The notes beneath the pieces are model-generated. The model saw nothing but the letters and a program-made list of their open reading frames with translations. It did no database searches and was not told the origin of the DNA. A program made the position numbers and the translations under genes. Below, in pieces: positions 7,314 through 15,800 of a stretch of DNA of 44,753 nucleotides. Where the stretch lies: the IMG/VR virus record IMGVR_UViG_3300045970_000214, one strand, 5' to 3'. The DNA comes from a virus. The first letter of the stretch is position 1. Each line of letters starts with the position of its first letter.

Positions 7314-9599
7314 ATGAGAATCCTTGTAAACTATCATAAAGACGAACAGAACTTCCTTCCCATCTTGCAGTATCATCTTAAGGCAAGAAGGCTTGAAGCT
7401 ATAGCAACGAACTTACCTTTAACAATAGGAGAACTTCTTGCTAAAGCAAAGAATGCTTCTTGTCAAGCTATACTTATATGTAATGAGGATACGCTTAAGA
7501 ATTGCGTACCTGGAGATAAGCCGACTCTGGATGATTACAGAGGTTCGCTTCTTAACTTTTCTGTTCCTACTATTGTATGCAATGCTCTTGCTCATGCTCA
7601 CACGGTGGATCATGGAGCATGGCTTCTAGGAAAGGATCTAGATAAGTTCTTATCTCTTGGAGAAGAGAAGGTCTCTTTCAACTTCACAGTCCTTGAGACA
7701 GCTAATGATATGGAAGAAGCTTTCTTTGTCCTTAAGGAATCGGTTCTCATAGCCTATGACATAGAGACAGTAACCCTAGGAGAAGATGAAGAACTTCTTA
7801 GAGGGGGTGAGACTGTAATAACCTGCTGTTCTTGGTCTGCTGTTTCACCTTCTGGGAAGATAACAACCTATACCCTTCCCTTCGTAGATTATCTAATAGA
7901 TCATTGGGTAACAGATCAAGAATATATCTACGCTATTCGATTCATGCAACGAGTTAATGCCTTAGAGATTCCTAAGGTTATGCATAATGGAGTATATGAC
8001 TGTCTCCATTCTATCGTATATCACGCAGAACCCGTTCAATGGATTCTTGATACGATGGCTATGATGCACTCAGAGTTCTCATCTCTTCCGAAGGATCTCT
8101 CATTTGTGGCTTCCATAACCCTCCCAGATTATTGTCAATGGAAGGGTGAAGCTAAAGCCGCCGCAAAAGATAAAGACATTCATCGCTACTGGGGTTATAA
8201 CGCAAAGGATACATGGACAACAGCTAGAATTTGTCTCCACTATCTGAAGCATCTCCCAGCTTATGCGAAGAAGAATTATGCAACCCAGTTCAAGCTAGTA
8301 TATCCTTGCCTCTATATGAGTTTCGAGGGAATCCTTATCGACCAAGGTAAAAGAATCTCTCTAAGAGAAGAGGCTTTCAAGAAACAACAGGAGAATCTAA
8401 GTGTACTCCGTACAATGTTCGCCGATCCTAATTTCAATCCTGGAAGTTATAAGCAGGTACAGATTTATATCTATGATGTATTTGGTGCTGCTGATCCTCA
8501 TATTGGTAAGAAGAAGGTTGATGGTAGAAGAACAAAGATGGTACGGGGCACAGATGAAAAGAATCTACGTTCCGTGGGAGAACAGCACCCGTTACTATTA
8601 CGTATCACCGAAGCTATCATATCCTATAGAGAAGCTCAGAAAGCTATTGGAACTTACTTTGATTTCTATCAACGGAATAGTCGCCTTCTTTATACTCCTA
8701 ATCCTTTCGGAACAGATACGGATCGTATGAGTTGTTCTGCATCTTCTTTCTGGTGTGGGACACAGATACAGAATATCCCTCCCTATGCGAAGGAGATGCT
8801 TATCTCGGATGAAGGTTATGTTCTTGAGGAGTTTGATAATTCCCAGAGTGAAGCAAGATGTACAGCCTATCTTTCTCAAGAAGAGAATCTCATCAAGGCT
8901 CTTGAGAATAAAGAGAAAGACTTCTACAAGACTCTTGGTACTCTTTTCTTCGGTATTCCTTATGAGGAAGTGACGAAAGAATTTAGGAACAACCTTCTCA
9001 AGAAGATCGTTCATGGTACAAACTATATGATGGGAGCCGTAACCTTCATAGAGAACGCAGGAGCACAGAATCTTCTTCTCGCATCTGTTCCTCTTAAGAC
9101 GAAAGTTACATTCTCTAAACTTCCTAAAGCTGGGGAAGTTACTATGACGATGTTCGCAACCCAGCTTCTCGAATCTTATCACAAGCCTTTTCCTCGTGTC
9201 CGTATGTGGTATGCTGAACAAAAGACAGCAGTAGCTACAAGTCATATGCTTATATCCCCATTAGGGAACACAAGATATTTCTTCGGTGATGTGAATAAGA
9301 GTAACAATATGTTAAGAAGTGTTGTAGCTCATGGACCGCAGAATCTTTCAGTCACTATCTTAAACAAAGGTCTGTGGAAGGTATGGCAACTTGTTAAGAA
9401 AGAGAAGGGAGCACTTCGTTTAAAAGCACAGATACATGATTCTATCTTCACACAAAGACTAGCACATAGAACAGATCTCACACAAACCGTAAGAGCCTGT
9501 ATGGACAATCCTGTTATAGTCAAAGGACGTACTCTGAGAATTCCAGTCGATTATAAGGATGGGATCTCTTGGGGTTCAATGATAGAACATAAGGGATGA
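7314..9599 (+). CDS. polA: Family-A DNA polymerase with 3'-5' proofreading domain and an extra ~140-aa N-terminal domain
   Basis: Exo I IAYDIETV; Exo II MHNGVYDCLHS; Exo III YNAKDTW. Pol motif A FDNSQSEAR; motif B KKIVHGTNYMMG; motif C QIHDSI. Confidence 0.92.
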   Translation: MRILVNYHKDEQNFLPILQYHLKARRLEAIATNLPLTIGELLAKAKNASCQAILICNEDTLKNCVPGDKPTLDDYRGSLLNFSVPTIVCNALAHAHTVDHGAWLLGKDLDKFLSLGEEKVSFNFTVLETANDMEEAFFVLKESVLIAYDIETVTLGEDEELLRGGETVITCCSWSAVSPSGKITTYTLPFVDYLIDHWVTDQEYIYAIRFMQRVNALEIPKVMHNGVYDCLHSIVYHAEPVQWILDTMAMMHSEFSSLPKDLSFVASITLPDYCQWKGEAKAAAKDKDIHRYWGYNAKDTWTTARICLHYLKHLPAYAKKNYATQFKLVYPCLYMSFEGILIDQGKRISLREEAFKKQQENLSVLRTMFADPNFNPGSYKQVQIYIYDVFGAADPHIGKKKVDGRRTKMVRGTDEKNLRSVGEQHPLLLRITEAIISYREAQKAIGTYFDFYQRNSRLLYTPNPFGTDTDRMSCSASSFWCGTQIQNIPPYAKEMLISDEGYVLEEFDNSQSEARCTAYLSQEENLIKALENKEKDFYKTLGTLFFGIPYEEVTKEFRNNLLKKIVHGTNYMMGAVTFIENAGAQNLLLASVPLKTKVTFSKLPKAGEVTMTMFATQLLESYHKPFPRVRMWYAEQKTAVATSHMLISPLGNTRYFFGDVNKSNNMLRSVVAHGPQNLSVTILNKGLWKVWQLVKKEKGALRLKAQIHDSIFTQRLAHRTDLTQTVRACMDNPVIVKGRTLRIPVDYKDGISWGSMIEHKG

Positions 9600-9603
9600 G
9601 ATC

Positions 9604-9861
9604 ATGGCATTTAAGATTTCAGAGAATGATAAGGATAGAAGCATAGATGATACTCCTATCACATTCGGTAAGTATAAGGGACTCAAACCAAGATATATCG
9701 CAGACAGAGATCCACAATATATTTTATGGATGTATGAGAATGTGAAACATGCTGTTACTTGTACAAAAGAATTATATAACCAATGTCAGTATGAGGAGAT
9801 GGACGACGAAGAAGATCAATTGATGAGAGATGTATACGAAAACTTCATGAAAGAGGATTAG
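9604..9861 (+). CDS. DUF3820-like small protein
   Basis: ITFGKYKGLKPRYIADRDPQYILWMYEN matches the FGKYKG...YL.W pattern of DUF3820. Confidence 0.55.
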   Translation: MAFKISENDKDRSIDDTPITFGKYKGLKPRYIADRDPQYILWMYENVKHAVTCTKELYNQCQYEEMDDEEDQLMRDVYENFMKED

Positions 9862-9862
9862 G

Positions 9863-11086
9863 ATGTCAAATGATTTCTTTCGTGAGTATTTCTCATACGT
9901 TGGAGAGACAGAAGCTCCAATGTTATATCACAGATGGTGTTGTGTTTCTATGCTTGGTGCTCTCCTAGGAAGGAATGTATATATCCCGTTCGGTCATGGT
10001 AAGATATATCCTAATCAGTATATCATGCTTATGGGATCCCCTGGAGCTAGGAAAGGAACAGCAATAAACATAGCACATAAGTTAATTCAACAGACAGGAT
10101 ATAATCGTTTCGCTCCTGATCGTCTTTCGAAAGAGAGATTCCTTATGGAGATGAGACCTCATACTGCAGAAGAACTTGACTCGGATCTCAGCGTTCTTAC
10201 ATTCGATGCAGCTTCAGAGATCTATGTAGTAGCTGAGGAATTTACAGACTTTGTAGGTCATGGAGGAATAGAATTCATGACGATGCTTACAAAACTCTGG
10301 GATAATATGACCTCATACTCTCATCCTAAGATTCATGGAAAGAGTATCGTTGTTGAGAAACCAACTGTGAATATTCTTGGAGCGAATACTGTTCAGGGAC
10401 TTGCTCTTGCCCTTCCTCCAGAAGCTCTTGGGAATGGTTTTATGTCTCGTCTTATCTTCGTTCATTCAGAACAGACTGGAAAGAAAATATCCTTTCCTGG
10501 TCTTGTTGATGTAGAGAAGAGACAATTCCTTATAGATAGAATGATGGATATAAAAGAACTTAAGGGCGAGATTTCATATGAGAAAGACGCCTATCCCCTT
10601 CTTGAGAGAATGTATAAGGAGTTTCATGATGTGGAAGATCATCGTTTCAAACACTATTCCACAAGACGCTTTACTCATCTGCTCAAACTCGCACTTATTA
10701 TCGCAGCTTCAGATTGCAGAACCTCTATCTCAAGAGATGATGCACTTGCTGCAAACACATTGTTGCATTATACAGAACTTAGGATGCCAAAAGCCCTCGG
10801 AGAGTTTGGAAGATCTAGATACTCCGATACAGCTAACACTATTCTAGATCTATTAGGTCATACCATAAAACCTTATACCATCAACGAACTTTGGAAGGTA
10901 GTTGCTAAAGATCTTACAAAGGTAACAGAACTCGCTGATATTCTTAAGGGTCTTATGGCAGCACAGAAGATTCAAGTTGTTACAATAAAAGGCAAGCAAG
11001 GATATATGCCTATGTTTCATGAGACAAAGGAGTGGGATCCATCGTTGTTAGATAAAGACTTTTTAACTCAAGAGGAAATGCTATGA
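9863..11086 (+). CDS. DUF3987-like P-loop NTPase (putative replicative helicase)
   Basis: EAPMLYHRW..MLGALLGRNVYIP...YPNQYIMLMGSPGARKGT (Walker A); VVAEEF (Walker B); ILGANT. Confidence 0.6.
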   Translation: MSNDFFREYFSYVGETEAPMLYHRWCCVSMLGALLGRNVYIPFGHGKIYPNQYIMLMGSPGARKGTAINIAHKLIQQTGYNRFAPDRLSKERFLMEMRPHTAEELDSDLSVLTFDAASEIYVVAEEFTDFVGHGGIEFMTMLTKLWDNMTSYSHPKIHGKSIVVEKPTVNILGANTVQGLALALPPEALGNGFMSRLIFVHSEQTGKKISFPGLVDVEKRQFLIDRMMDIKELKGEISYEKDAYPLLERMYKEFHDVEDHRFKHYSTRRFTHLLKLALIIAASDCRTSISRDDALAANTLLHYTELRMPKALGEFGRSRYSDTANTILDLLGHTIKPYTINELWKVVAKDLTKVTELADILKGLMAAQKIQVVTIKGKQGYMPMFHETKEWDPSLLDKDFLTQEEML

Positions 11087-11352
11087 ACATTAAAGGGACT
11101 ATGGATTTTAGTGATGCTCTTATCTGTATCAAAGAGGGAGATAAGGTAGCAAGAGAAGGATGGAATGGTAAGGGTATGTTCCTATTCTTCACTGATGGAA
11201 GAGAAGAGTTTAACCAGATATATCTTCCTTATATTAGTATGAGAAATGCTCAGGGACATATTGTTCCTTGGCTAGCATCCCAGTCTGATGTTTTAGCAGA
11301 TGACTGGAGTATCGTAAGTATCGAAGATTCTGAAGATTCTGAAGAGGACTGA
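11083..11352 (+). CDS. DUF2829-domain protein (Tad2 family; candidate cyclic-nucleotide/gcADPR sponge) with acidic tail
   Basis: MDFSDALICIKEGDKVAREGWNGKGMF...LPYISMRNAQGHIVPWLASQSDVLADDWSIV matches the DUF2829 consensus as I remember it. Confidence 0.8.
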   Translation: MNIKGTMDFSDALICIKEGDKVAREGWNGKGMFLFFTDGREEFNQIYLPYISMRNAQGHIVPWLASQSDVLADDWSIVSIEDSEDSEED

Positions 11353-11358
11353 TATAAA

Positions 11359-11616
11359 ATGAGCGAGATGGAAGATTTCAAGAGGCCAGATCATAATGAC
11401 TTCGCAACCTCTTTTGAACTCCGTAAGAGGAAGTTCTCTGGCATACGTCATAACTCAATATCAGATCACATGGAGATATGGCTAGAAGGAGATCTTCGAT
11501 TCTCTATGTCTGTTGTTGAGATAAGAACGAATCAGAAGAAGTTTGATGCAGCCTACGCGAATATCTTCGGACTTCATTCTGCTACTATGGCTCCATTACC
11601 TAACAAAGGACACTAA
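11359..11616 (+). CDS. Hypothetical protein (85 aa)
   Basis: ORF in an operonic position; no recognisable motifs. Confidence 0.5.
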   Translation: MSEMEDFKRPDHNDFATSFELRKRKFSGIRHNSISDHMEIWLEGDLRFSMSVVEIRTNQKKFDAAYANIFGLHSATMAPLPNKGH

Positions 11617-11617
11617 C

Positions 11618-12289
11618 ATGAGTCTCCTATCATATTATAAAATAGTAGAACTTCTCCAACGTAAGGTGATAGTGAATGGAGATATAGAGTGTGTGAACTC
11701 AGCCTCCATTGACCTTCGTCTAGGAAGGAAGGTTCTCATAGAGCAACAGATTCGTTCTACTATCTCTCTACGAGAAAGAGATCCTTTGAAAGTTAAGGAA
11801 CATGACCTAATAACAGACGGTCCTGTTACCTTATATCCTGGAAACTTCTGTCTTGCTCATACACACGAGACCTTTGACTTACCTAATACGATCTCAGCAG
11901 AATATAAACTGAAGAGTAGTATGGCAAGGATAGGACTCGAACATCTTAATGCTGGCTGGTGTGATGCTGGCTGGAATGGATCTTCTCTTACACTTGAGTT
12001 CAAGAACATGACACAGAATCATAACATCGTTCTTAACTACATGGATAAGATAGGACAGATGGTATTCTTCACTCACATCGAAGTACCTCATGATAAGAGT
12101 TACGCTTCGAGAGGAAGATATAACGGAGATAAGAGTGTATCTGGAGCAAAGATGCAAGCTTCCAGAACTATTAACTTCGGTGATGAATATGAAGATCTTT
12201 TCGCTAAAGACTTTCCCGTTAAGATCAATATAAATCCTAGGACTACCCTAGACCTTGATAACGAAGATGAAGAAGGAGATAGTAAATGA
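11618..12289 (+). CDS. dcd: dCTP deaminase / dUTPase-superfamily enzyme with ~45-aa C-terminal extension
   Basis: ASIDLRLG; GWCDAGWNGSSLTLEFKN (catalytic Glu context); IGQMVFF. Start set to the ATG 1 nt after the upstream stop. Confidence 0.8.
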   Translation: MSLLSYYKIVELLQRKVIVNGDIECVNSASIDLRLGRKVLIEQQIRSTISLRERDPLKVKEHDLITDGPVTLYPGNFCLAHTHETFDLPNTISAEYKLKSSMARIGLEHLNAGWCDAGWNGSSLTLEFKNMTQNHNIVLNYMDKIGQMVFFTHIEVPHDKSYASRGRYNGDKSVSGAKMQASRTINFGDEYEDLFAKDFPVKININPRTTLDLDNEDEEGDSK

Positions 12290-12822
12290 ATGGAAATACG
12301 GATGTGATGCTTGATCTTGAGACCTGTGGTGTTAGTCCAGGATGTGTCATTCTTTCTATAGGTGCTTGTACATTCCGTGGTGATAGAACATTCTATGAAA
12401 AGATCTCAGTCATGGATTCAGAACATCAAGGTCTCTTCAAAGATCCTGCTACTATGGCTTGGTGGAATAAGCAAGATCCTGAAGCTAGGAAAGAAGCTTT
12501 CTCAGGAGCAAAAGACCTTGTTTCTATTCTTGGTTCTTTCTCTGACTTCTTACGTTCTATTAACTCTGATATTTATATCTGGGGTAATGGAGCAGACTTC
12601 GATCTTCCGATACTTGCAGCGGCTTATATCAGAGTTGGTATGAAAACTCCATGGAAACCTTTTAACGGAAGATGTTATAGGACATTGAAGAATCTTTATT
12701 TCGATGTGAAGATGGAACCCTTCGAAGGTATGAAGCATAACGCATTAGTGGATGCACAGAATCAAGCAGCCCACGCCCGTCTTATCCTCACGAAACATTT
12801 TAATCTTGGCAAGATAACCTAG
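12286..12822 (+). CDS. DEDDh 3'-5' exonuclease (Rv2179c/KapD-like phage exonuclease)
   Basis: MLDLETCG (Exo I); WGNGADFDLPIL (Exo II); KHNALVDAQNQA (Exo III, H-x4-D). Confidence 0.8.
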   Translation: MNGNTDVMLDLETCGVSPGCVILSIGACTFRGDRTFYEKISVMDSEHQGLFKDPATMAWWNKQDPEARKEAFSGAKDLVSILGSFSDFLRSINSDIYIWGNGADFDLPILAAAYIRVGMKTPWKPFNGRCYRTLKNLYFDVKMEPFEGMKHNALVDAQNQAAHARLILTKHFNLGKIT

Positions 12823-12829
12823 AAACAAA

Positions 12830-12857
12830 GAAGCCCCAATCTCACGAAAGGGGCTTC
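12830..12857. terminator. Hairpin terminator between the convergent arms (better U-tract for the - strand)
   Basis: GAAGCCCC-12 nt-GGGGCTTC. The - strand reads hairpin then TTTGTTTCT. It lies between the stops at 12822 (+) and 12884 (-). Confidence 0.6.
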
Positions 12858-12883
12858 TGCATTTCCTTCCTCTTAAGACAACC

Positions 12884-15800
12884 TCAGTCCAAACTCTCAA
12901 TCATCATATTCGCTGGACTCTTAGGAGATAGGTGGTTCCTAACAGCGGATACCCCAGGTGAGTCTGTATCATGTATCGTCTTATTGATAACAGATCTCCA
13001 TCCAGTAGGACTTCCTGTCCTCATATACTTCTCCTGTATTCTCTCCATAACATCCGGTGTAAGAGTTCCACTTCTAACGTGGTTCTTAAGGACAGCCATT
13101 GCTCCTTCTCTTTGATCCCTATCAAGAGTTCCATACATGGAATTAAGATGCATAGCTTCTCTTGCTTTCGCTTCTCTCAATGAACGAGTAGCAAACACAC
13201 GAGCAGAGATACCAGCTGCAGAATATAATTCTTCTGGACCTGCTACTTCATTCCCCTTCTGAGTCACAGAATATCCTGTAGCAAGTTCAGATAAACGTGC
13301 AACCGGCCTTGAAATATTCTGCATAGAAAGAGCTTCTCCCACCGCAGAGAAAGTCCCAGGATCTCCTATCTGAGATGCAGCACTCAGTAACTTATGACTT
13401 GACTGATATGCGCTCGTAAGGATATTAACGGAAGCGAGAGTTTGAAGTCCTCCAAAAGGATTAGGAAGTCTTGGCTGAATATCCCCACGAGTATAGACAG
13501 CCGGTCCGAGATTAGATGGAAGTCCATATAGAAGGATGTTTGCTGCTGTTTCAGGAATTGCCCTATATGTTCCGGTTGTAAGATCATAGTTCTGATCTGA
13601 GAAATGTTCTCCCATAAGTTCTGATATTTGATTAAACCCTGGGAGTCCTTTCACACCGAAGATAGAAGATTGTGTAAGAGCCATCTTAGCCAGTTGTTTG
13701 TAATCTCTTAACTCAAATCTACGATAGATCTGTTGCATAAGAGTTACAAAGTATGTCTGAAAGAGTCCCATAGCTACACCAAGAGATCCTTGAAATACAG
13801 TAGGTCTCTGTGATGCAGTATAGTTTCCTACAGCTACATCCATGAAGTTCCTAGCAAAGGTTATCACACCCGAATCATGCAGACCTGGATAAGCTTGCTT
13901 TGCGAGATATACTCCATTAGCAAAACTCATCTCACGGACAGCGGTCTCAGACCAATTACTTGGCTTAGAAAGCATCTCTACAAGTTTCCCATTCAAAAGA
14001 TTCTCTGTCTTCTGAATCATACCAGGATTGAAACTTCTGCTTAACTGAAGAAGCTCAGATACCTCAGATACGACAGGAGTCATAACACCAAGATCTCTTG
14101 CTTGTGTCACATACTTCTGGTATTCTGGATTCCCCATATATCGTATTCCACCATACATAGCCTTGATGGTTCCCATATGGAAGTCAGGAGCTAACTTAGT
14201 CCCCATGAATTCTTTAGAGAATGTCCTTTGTACCGCAGCACTTGTAAGGACTGGTAGAGATAGAATATTAACAAGGGGTTGTCCTAACTCCATAACCTTA
14301 AGAAGGAAAGTCGCAGCTAGGTTATTCGAAAGAGCTACAATTCTTGGAGTAAGATTCGGAGCCTGAGATAGTCTCTCCATATGATATATATCTTTTGCGA
14401 CAGCATTATCAAGATCTTTAAAGGGATTAGGAATTCCTCTTGTATCCATATCCTTTATGAGAGCTTCATATTCTGCATCAGAGAAGGTCTTACCTTTCCC
14501 GAAGATACCCTTGATAGGATTCAGAATAGGATCCATTATCTTAGCTACACTCTGAAGTCCTAATTCAACAGCAGTCTGAATACCATTCTGTGTATCTTGC
14601 CAGGCTGTATATTCTTTAAGGTTGCTTTTTCCTAGGAGGGTATTCTTAGCAATCATCCCAGCATCAAGGGGTTTGTTAAGAGCTTCTTGAATCTTAGATA
14701 CTGGTTGCTTCGCTACTGGCCTACGCACAAGAGCTGATATTGCATCCAGACTTCCCATAACATCAGAGAGATTAAGCTCAGTGATATTAGAAACACTTCT
14801 ATGTATATAGTGCTCATATGCGTTTGCAAGATCCGAAAAGATATTACTATTCGTTGCTACCATAGCAGCTGTGGAAGCCCCGCTATGGAAAGATGAAATA
14901 TCAGCAGAAGCCATGAAGATAGGATCATGCCTTCCCTGAAGTTTATTGAAGAGTTCTCTTTCTTCACCTGCTCTTACTATCTTCACAATTCCTCTCTCGA
15001 TCTCCCTCTCTTTAAGAGTCGAGGAGAAAGCATCTTCGAGAGATTTAAGTTCTTCTGGAGTATTCGCATGAAGGAGTCTTGTTGTCTGATCGTTATTATT
15101 CCACACGAAAGAGATATACTTATTTCGTGGATTAAATGCAGGCATCCAGAATCCATTATCATTCATAGGAGGAAGACCTAGGATCTTTCTCTCTGTCGAA
15201 TGAAGATTATATAACTCTCTTCCTGCTTCTTGCATATTCTCGTAAGAACGAAGGACAGAAGGAGTTGTTATCTCAAACGGAGTTCCTTTCCATTCTGCTT
15301 GTACGAGATTCATTGTCTTGACAGATTTCCCAGAACCAGAAGGATCAGGAACCATCTTCCAGGGTTCATTCTCATCTTGTACCCAGAACTTACCGTTGTT
15401 AAATTCCCTATATCCTTTGAGAGAAGCATTAACTTCTTTCGCTGTATTAAATTCTACAATCGCAGCCGGATCTTTTGTTATCGACTTATAGGAAAGAGAG
15501 ATAGGTTCAAGAATCTGGTTAGTATATCTCCCTTTAAAGTGTTCCATATTCTTTCCGAGGATGGAGATAATTGCTCCCGCATCTCCCATATCTCTCAAAG
15601 AGAAGTCTGTTGATTGAAGGAACTTAGAACCTATTGAAGCAGGAGTGATCTCTTTAATAGCAGCTTTAAGAGCAGCTAGAGAATATTGAGTATCCTTCGT
15701 GAAAAGGAAAGCAGCAAGATCTTTAGAGATCTGAGAAGGAGAACCTTCCATGATAACTTGTTTGATAAGAGAATCTGATTCATCTCCCATTGCTTTGAAG

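Noticed and set aside
11618-12289. dCTP deaminase plus MazG-like plus MT/GT genes as a DNA hypermodification pathway
   Set aside because: I saw no thymidylate-synthase-like hydroxymethylase, 5-hmdU kinase, PurZ/DatZ-type or DNA-glycosyltransferase motifs. The methyltransferase has a small-molecule/glycan-type signature (EILEHI) and no DPPY/NPPY or PC motif. The genes are also in different operons. This is not excluded experimentally.
13741-13795. GSLGVAMGLFQ in the giant protein as the GLMQ motif of a lytic transglycosylase domain
   Set aside because: There is no upstream catalytic Glu-Ser and no AYNxG motif in register. The segment is hydrophobic and more likely membrane-interacting.
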